Shown one piece after another: positions 1 through 10,500 of a stretch of DNA of 64,000 nt. Origin of the DNA: Naegleria gruberi (lineage: Eukaryota); the NCBI GenBank assembly GCA_000004985.1, contig GG738904.1; one strand, 5' to 3'. The translations under genes were made by a program, and so were the position numbers. The notes under the pieces were generated by a model. The model did no database searches. It was not told the origin of the DNA and saw only the letters and a list, made by a program, of their open reading frames with translations. Each line of letters opens with the position of its first letter. Position 1 is the first letter of the stretch.

Positions 1-301
1 CCCAAACCCAAACCCAAACCCAAACCCAACCCAAACCCAAACCCAAACCCAAACCCAAACCCAAACCCAAACCCAAACCCAAACCCAAACCCAAACCCAA
101 CCCAAACCCAAACCCAAACCCAAACCCAAACCCAAACCCAAACCCAAACCCAAACCCAAACCCAAACCCAAACCCAAACCCAAACCCAAACCCAAACCCA
201 AACCCAAACCCAAACCCAAACCCAAACCCAAACCCAAACCCAAACCCAAACCCAAACCCAAACCCAAACCCAAACCCAAACCCAAACCCAAACCCAAACC
301 C
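1..301 (-). repeat. Terminal telomere array: (CCCAAA)n on the + strand, so the (TTTGGG)n G-strand runs toward the left end; about 50 units
   Basis: Direct reading shows perfect 6-nt periodicity from base 1. Two 5-nt CCCAA variant units lie near 25-29 and 96-100. The array ends abruptly at ...cccaaaccc|acgactaagg. The C-rich strand reading 5'->3' inward is the expected orientation for a left chromosome end. Confidence 0.9.
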
Positions 302-984
302 ACGACTAAGGTCAGACCCAACATTTTTACTTTTATTCATCTTAATTAATTATCTCAATAAATACTCATTATAAATCAATATATTATATATCAATATACT
401 CCAAATTGAATATATAATCATATAATAACATAATATTACATCATTATAATGACTTATATAAGTTAATTTCATATAATAGATTAGACAATTAGAATATCAA
501 TGAAAACATTTCAAATTCAATTCAAATAAATATATCACCTTGTGTATCATGTTAATAACAATATATATCAATTTCAAATACTTTGGTATCATTTCAGGAA
601 ATTAACTATTCAACTTGTCAACTGACCTATTCTAACATTGAAGATAGAATTCTGTTCCACTTCAATTCACTTCCAATACATATATACATGATAATAAAAT
701 ATATTAATATCATTTTGACATTCATCCATATTATACATGGTACATGGCTGATCCACTTGATACATACAGGATTGTGACATTGACATCTACTATACAGATC
801 ATTATGAAATTGATACAGTGCCTTACTAATGGTGAATAAACACTACTGTATCAGTTTCATGACAATTTGAAATCATTCAACATGTCAGGAGTGTAATCAT
901 GAGAATTATAAATGTCAAGATAATCAAATCATATTAAATTTAAAATCTTTCAATTACAATATCATATTTAGATCAATTAATCAT

Positions 985-3900
985 NNNNNNNNNNNNNNNN
1001 NNNNNNNNNNNNNNNNNNNNNNNNNNNNNNNNNNNNNNNNNNNNNNNNNNNNNNNNNNNNNNNNNNNNNNNNNNNNNNNNNNNNNNNNNNNNNNNNNNNN
1101 NNNNNNNNNNNNNNNNNNNNNNNNNNNNNNNNNNNNNNNNNNNNNNNNNNNNNNNNNNNNNNNNNNNNNNNNNNNNNNNNNNNNNNNNNNNNNNNNNNNN
1201 NNNNNNNNNNNNNNNNNNNNNNNNNNNNNNNNNNNNNNNNNNNNNNNNNNNNNNNNNNNNNNNNNNNNNNNNNNNNNNNNNNNNNNNNNNNNNNNNNNNN
1301 NNNNNNNNNNNNNNNNNNNNNNNNNNNNNNNNNNNNNNNNNNNNNNNNNNNNNNNNNNNNNNNNNNNNNNNNNNNNNNNNNNNNNNNNNNNNNNNNNNNN
1401 NNNNNNNNNNNNNNNNNNNNNNNNNNNNNNNNNNNNNNNNNNNNNNNNNNNNNNNNNNNNNNNNNNNNNNNNNNNNNNNNNNNNNNNNNNNNNNNNNNNN
1501 NNNNNNNNNNNNNNNNNNNNNNNNNNNNNNNNNNNNNNNNNNNNNNNNNNNNNNNNNNNNNNNNNNNNNNNNNNNNNNNNNNNNNNNNNNNNNNNNNNNN
1601 NNNNNNNNNNNNNNNNNNNNNNNNNNNNNNNNNNNNNNNNNNNNNNNNNNNNNNNNNNNNNNNNNNNNNNNNNNNNNNNNNNNNNNNNNNNNNNNNNNNN
1701 NNNNNNNNNNNNNNNNNNNNNNNNNNNNNNNNNNNNNNNNNNNNNNNNNNNNNNNNNNNNNNNNNNNNNNNNNNNNNNNNNNNNNNNNNNNNNNNNNNNN
1801 NNNNNNNNNNNNNNNNNNNNNNNNNNNNNNNNNNNNNNNNNNNNNNNNNNNNNNNNNNNNNNNNNNNNNNNNNNNNNNNNNNNNNNNNNNNNNNNNNNNN
1901 NNNNNNNNNNNNNNNNNNNNNNNNNNNNNNNNNNNNNNNNNNNNNNNNNNNNNNNNNNNNNNNNNNNNNNNNNNNNNNNNNNNNNNNNNNNNNNNNNNNN
2001 NNNNNNNNNNNNNNNNNNNNNNNNNNNNNNNNNNNNNNNNNNNNNNNNNNNNNNNNNNNNNNNNNNNNNNNNNNNNNNNNNNNNNNNNNNNNNNNNNNNN
2101 NNNNNNNNNNNNNNNNNNNNNNNNNNNNNNNNNNNNNNNNNNNNNNNNNNNNNNNNNNNNNNNNNNNNNNNNNNNNNNNNNNNNNNNNNNNNNNNNNNNN
2201 NNNNNNNNNNNNNNNNNNNNNNNNNNNNNNNNNNNNNNNNNNNNNNNNNNNNNNNNNNNNNNNNNNNNNNNNNNNNNNNNNNNNNNNNNNNNNNNNNNNN
2301 NNNNNNNNNNNNNNNNNNNNNNNNNNNNNNNNNNNNNNNNNNNNNNNNNNNNNNNNNNNNNNNNNNNNNNNNNNNNNNNNNNNNNNNNNNNNNNNNNNNN
2401 NNNNNNNNNNNNNNNNNNNNNNNNNNNNNNNNNNNNNNNNNNNNNNNNNNNNNNNNNNNNNNNNNNNNNNNNNNNNNNNNNNNNNNNNNNNNNNNNNNNN
2501 NNNNNNNNNNNNNNNNNNNNNNNNNNNNNNNNNNNNNNNNNNNNNNNNNNNNNNNNNNNNNNNNNNNNNNNNNNNNNNNNNNNNNNNNNNNNNNNNNNNN
2601 NNNNNNNNNNNNNNNNNNNNNNNNNNNNNNNNNNNNNNNNNNNNNNNNNNNNNNNNNNNNNNNNNNNNNNNNNNNNNNNNNNNNNNNNNNNNNNNNNNNN
2701 NNNNNNNNNNNNNNNNNNNNNNNNNNNNNNNNNNNNNNNNNNNNNNNNNNNNNNNNNNNNNNNNNNNNNNNNNNNNNNNNNNNNNNNNNNNNNNNNNNNN
2801 NNNNNNNNNNNNNNNNNNNNNNNNNNNNNNNNNNNNNNNNNNNNNNNNNNNNNNNNNNNNNNNNNNNNNNNNNNNNNNNNNNNNNNNNNNNNNNNNNNNN
2901 NNNNNNNNNNNNNNNNNNNNNNNNNNNNNNNNNNNNNNNNNNNNNNNNNNNNNNNNNNNNNNNNNNNNNNNNNNNNNNNNNNNNNNNNNNNNNNNNNNNN
3001 NNNNNNNNNNNNNNNNNNNNNNNNNNNNNNNNNNNNNNNNNNNNNNNNNNNNNNNNNNNNNNNNNNNNNNNNNNNNNNNNNNNNNNNNNNNNNNNNNNNN
3101 NNNNNNNNNNNNNNNNNNNNNNNNNNNNNNNNNNNNNNNNNNNNNNNNNNNNNNNNNNNNNNNNNNNNNNNNNNNNNNNNNNNNNNNNNNNNNNNNNNNN
3201 NNNNNNNNNNNNNNNNNNNNNNNNNNNNNNNNNNNNNNNNNNNNNNNNNNNNNNNNNNNNNNNNNNNNNNNNNNNNNNNNNNNNNNNNNNNNNNNNNNNN
3301 NNNNNNNNNNNNNNNNNNNNNNNNNNNNNNNNNNNNNNNNNNNNNNNNNNNNNNNNNNNNNNNNNNNNNNNNNNNNNNNNNNNNNNNNNNNNNNNNNNNN
3401 NNNNNNNNNNNNNNNNNNNNNNNNNNNNNNNNNNNNNNNNNNNNNNNNNNNNNNNNNNNNNNNNNNNNNNNNNNNNNNNNNNNNNNNNNNNNNNNNNNNN
3501 NNNNNNNNNNNNNNNNNNNNNNNNNNNNNNNNNNNNNNNNNNNNNNNNNNNNNNNNNNNNNNNNNNNNNNNNNNNNNNNNNNNNNNNNNNNNNNNNNNNN
3601 NNNNNNNNNNNNNNNNNNNNNNNNNNNNNNNNNNNNNNNNNNNNNNNNNNNNNNNNNNNNNNNNNNNNNNNNNNNNNNNNNNNNNNNNNNNNNNNNNNNN
3701 NNNNNNNNNNNNNNNNNNNNNNNNNNNNNNNNNNNNNNNNNNNNNNNNNNNNNNNNNNNNNNNNNNNNNNNNNNNNNNNNNNNNNNNNNNNNNNNNNNNN
3801 NNNNNNNNNNNNNNNNNNNNNNNNNNNNNNNNNNNNNNNNNNNNNNNNNNNNNNNNNNNNNNNNNNNNNNNNNNNNNNNNNNNNNNNNNNNNNNNNNNNN

Positions 3901-6105
3901 NNNNNNNNNNNNNNNNNNNNNNNNNNNNNNNNNNNNNNNNNNNNNNNNNNNNNNNNNNNNNNNNNNNNNNNNNNNNNNNNNNNNNNNNNNNNNNNNNNNN
4001 NNNNNNNNNNNNNNNNNNNNNNNNNNNNNNNNNNNNNNNNNNNNNNNNNNNNNNNNNNNNNNNNNNNNNNNNNNNNNNNNNNNNNNNNNNNNNNNNNNNN
4101 NNNNNNNNNNNNNNNNNNNNNNNNNNNNNNNNNNNNNNNNNNNNNNNNNNNNNNNNNNNNNNNNNNNNNNNNNNNNNNNNNNNNNNNNNNNNNNNNNNNN
4201 NNNNNNNNNNNNNNNNNNNNNNNNNNNNNNNNNNNNNNNNNNNNNNNNNNNNNNNNNNNNNNNNNNNNNNNNNNNNNNNNNNNNNNNNNNNNNNNNNNNN
4301 NNNNNNNNNNNNNNNNNNNNNNNNNNNNNNNNNNNNNNNNNNNNNNNNNNNNNNNNNNNNNNNNNNNNNNNNNNNNNNNNNNNNNNNNNNNNNNNNNNNN
4401 NNNNNNNNNNNNNNNNNNNNNNNNNNNNNNNNNNNNNNNNNNNNNNNNNNNNNNNNNNNNNNNNNNNNNNNNNNNNNNNNNNNNNNNNNNNNNNNNNNNN
4501 NNNNNNNNNNNNNNNNNNNNNNNNNNNNNNNNNNNNNNNNNNNNNNNNNNNNNNNNNNNNNNNNNNNNNNNNNNNNNNNNNNNNNNNNNNNNNNNNNNNN
4601 NNNNNNNNNNNNNNNNNNNNNNNNNNNNNNNNNNNNNNNNNNNNNNNNNNNNNNNNNNNNNNNNNNNNNNNNNNNNNNNNNNNNNNNNNNNNNNNNNNNN
4701 NNNNNNNNNNNNNNNNNNNNNNNNNNNNNNNNNNNNNNNNNNNNNNNNNNNNNNNNNNNNNNNNNNNNNNNNNNNNNNNNNNNNNNNNNNNNNNNNNNNN
4801 NNNNNNNNNNNNNNNNNNNNNNNNNNNNNNNNNNNNNNNNNNNNNNNNNNNNNNNNNNNNNNNNNNNNNNNNNNNNNNNNNNNNNNNNNNNNNNNNNNNN
4901 NNNNNNNNNNNNNNNNNNNNNNNNNNNNNNNNNNNNNNNNNNNNNNNNNNNNNNNNNNNNNNNNNNNNNNNNNNNNNNNNNNNNNNNNNNNNNNNNNNNN
5001 NNNNNNNNNNNNNNNNNNNNNNNNNNNNNNNNNNNNNNNNNNNNNNNNNNNNNNNNNNNNNNNNNNNNNNNNNNNNNNNNNNNNNNNNNNNNNNNNNNNN
5101 NNNNNNNNNNNNNNNNNNNNNNNNNNNNNNNNNNNNNNNNNNNNNNNNNNNNNNNNNNNNNNNNNNNNNNNNNNNNNNNNNNNNNNNNNNNNNNNNNNNN
5201 NNNNNNNNNNNNNNNNNNNNNNNNNNNNNNNNNNNNNNNNNNNNNNNNNNNNNNNNNNNNNNNNNNNNNNNNNNNNNNNNNNNNNNNNNNNNNNNNNNNN
5301 NNNNNNNNNNNNNNNNNNNNNNNNNNNNNNNNNNNNNNNNNNNNNNNNNNNNNNNNNNNNNNNNNNNNNNNNNNNNNNNNNNNNNNNNNNNNNNNNNNNN
5401 NNNNNNNNNNNNNNNNNNNNNNNNNNNNNNNNNNNNNNNNNNNNNNNNNNNNNNNNNNNNNNNNNNNNNNNNNNNNNNNNNNNNNNNNNNNNNNNNNNNN
5501 NNNNNNNNNNNNNNNNNNNNNNNNNNNNNNNNNNNNNNNNNNNNNNNNNNNNNNNNNNNNNNNNNNNNNNNNNNNNNNNNNNNNNNNNNNNNNNNNNNNN
5601 NNNNNNNNNNNNNNNNNNNNNNNNNNNNNNNNNNNNNNNNNNNNNNNNNNNNNNNNNNNNNNNNNNNNNNNNNNNNNNNNNNNNNNNNNNNNNNNNNNNN
5701 NNNNNNNNNNNNNNNNNNNNNNNNNNNNNNNNNNNNNNNNNNNNNNNNNNNNNNNNNNNNNNNNNNNNNNNNNNNNNNNNNNNNNNNNNNNNNNNNNNNN
5801 NNNNNNNNNNNNNNNNNNNNNNNNNNNNNNNNNNNNNNNNNNNNNNNNNNNNNNNNNNNNNNNNNNNNNNNNNNNNNNNNNNNNNNNNNNNNNNNNNNNN
5901 NNNNNNNNNNNNNNNNNNNNNNNNNNNNNNNNNNNNNNNNNNNNNNNNNNNNNNNNNNNNNNNNNNNNNNNNNNNNNNNNNNNNNNNNNNNNNNNNNNNN
6001 NNNNNNNNNNNNNNNNNNNNNNNNNNNNNNNNNNNNNNNNNNNNNNNNNNNNNNNNNNNNNNNNNNNNNNNNNNNNNNNNNNNNNNNNNNNNNNNNNNNN
6101 NNNNN
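985..6105. other. Assembly gap (5121 N)
   Basis: Run of n characters. Confidence 1.
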
Positions 6106-6107
6106 AC

Positions 6108-6539
6108 TCAATTTTACTAGGTAACGACAGTATTTGTGACAAATGTAATGTCAAGGAAGATTGGACCCACGTATTCCAAACTTGTCCCAAATGCAATCCT
6201 GAAAAGGATGAACTGTATGCCACATGGGACGCTATCTCCCAGAAATTTAGCCTTAACAAGATTCGTTTCCCTCCTGATATCTCAGAATCCTCTCAACTTA
6301 GGATAGAATTTGATGGTCGTTGCTCCCGTAATGACTGGCTTAACTGGTCTAAGCGCAAAAGAATACCTAAGAATGTGGCCCTAGAAGTCTACAAAGCACT
6401 AGCTATTTATTTGGAAAATTGCTACAAGAACTCAGTGTGGTACAACCGTCCCAATGCAGGCTTCACTATTAACAGGAAATACCTCTCTGCCTACCACAGG
6501 CAGGCTCAGTCTAACCAACCACTTAGCGTCAACCCATAA
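6108..6539 (+). mobile_element. 3' end of a non-LTR (LINE-like) retrotransposon ORF2: C-terminal zinc-binding (zf-RVT type) region; the rest of the element is lost in the gap
   Basis: An open frame runs out of the gap to TAA at 6537-6539. It translates as SILLGNDSICDKCNVKEDWTHVFQTCPKCNPEKDELYATWDAI... The C-x2-C-x3-ED-x2-H-x-F-x2-CP pattern is typical of the Cys/His motif that ends non-LTR RT ORFs. GC content is visibly higher than the flanks. Confidence 0.6.
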
Positions 6540-6610
6540 CACTTAAACGCTGAACCGAAACTTACTGGTTGTAGACCTCGTCTCTCAGGTCTTTACGATA
6601 CAAGAGACGT
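6540..6610 (+). mobile_element. Retroelement 3' UTR with a conserved hairpin core (agacc-N9-ggtct)
   Basis: The sequence cttaaacgctgaaccgaaacttactggttgtagacctcgtctctcaggtct recurs in inverted orientation at 19304-19365. Confidence 0.5.
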
Positions 6611-7305
6611 TAATAAAATCACAATTTACTTTTGCAGGTTCTACCACTTCTTGATTACTAGCAAGCTTCAACTCCATTTCACTTAGTCTTGAAAGAAGTA
6701 CATCCATGTTCGCAATATTCCTTCTTGATTTGACTCTAGCTGTACCATTATTCCTGCAAGACTCAACATCTTCCGACTCAGATGAAGAAGGAGAGGATGA
6801 CGAGGAGTCGGTTCTTCTAGAGTGATTCAGAGGAATACTCTGGCTTGTGCTTCCCGAGTCTGAATGATGATGTCTACCAAATTGTCAACTGACCTATCAG
6901 AAGGTAGTTGAATGCCCATTGATTCAATGAGTTCCTCTAATTGATCAATAGAGCACTCTGATAATTCATTTCTTGATTTAAAATACATCTTTCGGAATTA
7001 ATTTGAGACTTCAAGGTATAAATGGGAAGTAGAATCAACAAGTGTTAAAACCATCTTTTATTACACAAAACAAAAGAAATATCCAATTGTCACAATTGAA
7101 CAATACAATAGATTGAAACTTTTCCAAATTACCATTTGAATCGGGAAGTGATGATGATTTTAGTGAACAATATTAAATTTCACTAAAATATTAATATTAT
7201 CAGATTTCCACAAATATTACTATTATAATGATGATAAATAACAATGATGATGGTTGGTAGTTGTTCCGATGTGATGGAACACGGTAGTATCTGGAATTGA
7301 AAAAA

Positions 7306-7513
7306 ATGACTCAAGTCTCTAAAGGTTTGTGTAATGATCAAAGTTTGCTAATAATTGTAATAGAAATATTTTCTGATGATGTAATTTATGAAATTATTTC
7401 CTATTTATGTGATGATTGGAAATTCGTATTATTAAATTGCGTAATGGTAACAAAACAATGGTTGAACGTCATCCGAGATCGATCCGAGCTTTCAATGATG
7501 GCGAATAATCATT
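7306..7513 (+). CDS. F-box-like protein, N-terminal fragment truncated by the gap
   Basis: ATG at 7306. The peptide ...QSLLIIVIEIFSDDVIYEIISYLCDDWKFVLLNCVMVTKQWLNVI fits the F-box pattern (L..E.L..I..YL......L..V.K.W). The frame runs into N at 7514. Confidence 0.45.
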
Positions 7514-10500
7514 NNNNNNNNNNNNNNNNNNNNNNNNNNNNNNNNNNNNNNNNNNNNNNNNNNNNNNNNNNNNNNNNNNNNNNNNNNNNNNNNNNNNNNN
7601 NNNNNNNNNNNNNNNNNNNNNNNNNNNNNNNNNNNNNNNNNNNNNNNNNNNNNNNNNNNNNNNNNNNNNNNNNNNNNNNNNNNNNNNNNNNNNNNNNNNN
7701 NNNNNNNNNNNNNNNNNNNNNNNNNNNNNNNNNNNNNNNNNNNNNNNNNNNNNNNNNNNNNNNNNNNNNNNNNNNNNNNNNNNNNNNNNNNNNNNNNNNN
7801 NNNNNNNNNNNNNNNNNNNNNNNNNNNNNNNNNNNNNNNNNNNNNNNNNNNNNNNNNNNNNNNNNNNNNNNNNNNNNNNNNNNNNNNNNNNNNNNNNNNN
7901 NNNNNNNNNNNNNNNNNNNNNNNNNNNNNNNNNNNNNNNNNNNNNNNNNNNNNNNNNNNNNNNNNNNNNNNNNNNNNNNNNNNNNNNNNNNNNNNNNNNN
8001 NNNNNNNNNNNNNNNNNNNNNNNNNNNNNNNNNNNNNNNNNNNNNNNNNNNNNNNNNNNNNNNNNNNNNNNNNNNNNNNNNNNNNNNNNNNNNNNNNNNN
8101 NNNNNNNNNNNNNNNNNNNNNNNNNNNNNNNNNNNNNNNNNNNNNNNNNNNNNNNNNNNNNNNNNNNNNNNNNNNNNNNNNNNNNNNNNNNNNNNNNNNN
8201 NNNNNNNNNNNNNNNNNNNNNNNNNNNNNNNNNNNNNNNNNNNNNNNNNNNNNNNNNNNNNNNNNNNNNNNNNNNNNNNNNNNNNNNNNNNNNNNNNNNN
8301 NNNNNNNNNNNNNNNNNNNNNNNNNNNNNNNNNNNNNNNNNNNNNNNNNNNNNNNNNNNNNNNNNNNNNNNNNNNNNNNNNNNNNNNNNNNNNNNNNNNN
8401 NNNNNNNNNNNNNNNNNNNNNNNNNNNNNNNNNNNNNNNNNNNNNNNNNNNNNNNNNNNNNNNNNNNNNNNNNNNNNNNNNNNNNNNNNNNNNNNNNNNN
8501 NNNNNNNNNNNNNNNNNNNNNNNNNNNNNNNNNNNNNNNNNNNNNNNNNNNNNNNNNNNNNNNNNNNNNNNNNNNNNNNNNNNNNNNNNNNNNNNNNNNN
8601 NNNNNNNNNNNNNNNNNNNNNNNNNNNNNNNNNNNNNNNNNNNNNNNNNNNNNNNNNNNNNNNNNNNNNNNNNNNNNNNNNNNNNNNNNNNNNNNNNNNN
8701 NNNNNNNNNNNNNNNNNNNNNNNNNNNNNNNNNNNNNNNNNNNNNNNNNNNNNNNNNNNNNNNNNNNNNNNNNNNNNNNNNNNNNNNNNNNNNNNNNNNN
8801 NNNNNNNNNNNNNNNNNNNNNNNNNNNNNNNNNNNNNNNNNNNNNNNNNNNNNNNNNNNNNNNNNNNNNNNNNNNNNNNNNNNNNNNNNNNNNNNNNNNN
8901 NNNNNNNNNNNNNNNNNNNNNNNNNNNNNNNNNNNNNNNNNNNNNNNNNNNNNNNNNNNNNNNNNNNNNNNNNNNNNNNNNNNNNNNNNNNNNNNNNNNN
9001 NNNNNNNNNNNNNNNNNNNNNNNNNNNNNNNNNNNNNNNNNNNNNNNNNNNNNNNNNNNNNNNNNNNNNNNNNNNNNNNNNNNNNNNNNNNNNNNNNNNN
9101 NNNNNNNNNNNNNNNNNNNNNNNNNNNNNNNNNNNNNNNNNNNNNNNNNNNNNNNNNNNNNNNNNNNNNNNNNNNNNNNNNNNNNNNNNNNNNNNNNNNN
9201 NNNNNNNNNNNNNNNNNNNNNNNNNNNNNNNNNNNNNNNNNNNNNNNNNNNNNNNNNNNNNNNNNNNNNNNNNNNNNNNNNNNNNNNNNNNNNNNNNNNN
9301 NNNNNNNNNNNNNNNNNNNNNNNNNNNNNNNNNNNNNNNNNNNNNNNNNNNNNNNNNNNNNNNNNNNNNNNNNNNNNNNNNNNNNNNNNNNNNNNNNNNN
9401 NNNNNNNNNNNNNNNNNNNNNNNNNNNNNNNNNNNNNNNNNNNNNNNNNNNNNNNNNNNNNNNNNNNNNNNNNNNNNNNNNNNNNNNNNNNNNNNNNNNN
9501 NNNNNNNNNNNNNNNNNNNNNNNNNNNNNNNNNNNNNNNNNNNNNNNNNNNNNNNNNNNNNNNNNNNNNNNNNNNNNNNNNNNNNNNNNNNNNNNNNNNN
9601 NNNNNNNNNNNNNNNNNNNNNNNNNNNNNNNNNNNNNNNNNNNNNNNNNNNNNNNNNNNNNNNNNNNNNNNNNNNNNNNNNNNNNNNNNNNNNNNNNNNN
9701 NNNNNNNNNNNNNNNNNNNNNNNNNNNNNNNNNNNNNNNNNNNNNNNNNNNNNNNNNNNNNNNNNNNNNNNNNNNNNNNNNNNNNNNNNNNNNNNNNNNN
9801 NNNNNNNNNNNNNNNNNNNNNNNNNNNNNNNNNNNNNNNNNNNNNNNNNNNNNNNNNNNNNNNNNNNNNNNNNNNNNNNNNNNNNNNNNNNNNNNNNNNN
9901 NNNNNNNNNNNNNNNNNNNNNNNNNNNNNNNNNNNNNNNNNNNNNNNNNNNNNNNNNNNNNNNNNNNNNNNNNNNNNNNNNNNNNNNNNNNNNNNNNNNN
10001 NNNNNNNNNNNNNNNNNNNNNNNNNNNNNNNNNNNNNNNNNNNNNNNNNNNNNNNNNNNNNNNNNNNNNNNNNNNNNNNNNNNNNNNNNNNNNNNNNNNN
10101 NNNNNNNNNNNNNNNNNNNNNNNNNNNNNNNNNNNNNNNNNNNNNNNNNNNNNNNNNNNNNNNNNNNNNNNNNNNNNNNNNNNNNNNNNNNNNNNNNNNN
10201 NNNNNNNNNNNNNNNNNNNNNNNNNNNNNNNNNNNNNNNNNNNNNNNNNNNNNNNNNNNNNNNNNNNNNNNNNNNNNNNNNNNNNNNNNNNNNNNNNNNN
10301 NNNNNNNNNNNNNNNNNNNNNNNNNNNNNNNNNNNNNNNNNNNNNNNNNNNNNNNNNNNNNNNNNNNNNNNNNNNNNNNNNNNNNNNNNNNNNNNNNNNN
10401 NNNNNNNNNNNNNNNNNNNNNNNNNNNNNNNNNNNNNNNNNNNNNNNNNNNNNNNNNNNNNNNNNNNNNNNNNNNNNNNNNNNNNNNNNNNNNNNNNNNN

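Noticed and set aside
973-6259. Very long minus-strand ORFs (1712 and 1760 aa) in the track
   Set aside because: They consist almost entirely of X translated from the 5121-N assembly gap and carry no sequence information.
611-6903. Shared 16-mer TTGTCAACTGACCTAT at 614-629 and 6881-6896
   Set aside because: One exact 16-mer match is about what chance predicts for all pairwise comparisons in 50 kb of AT-biased sequence, and the flanks do not align.
6610-6992. Minus-strand ORF pieces starting MYFKSRNELSECSIDQLEELIESMGIQLPSDRSVDNLVDII (SAP-motif-like) followed by a Ser/acidic segment
   Set aside because: The frame breaks at least twice, and no GT-AG pair I could find repairs it. It could be a decayed gene or part of the retroelement UTR. 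This is too weak to call.
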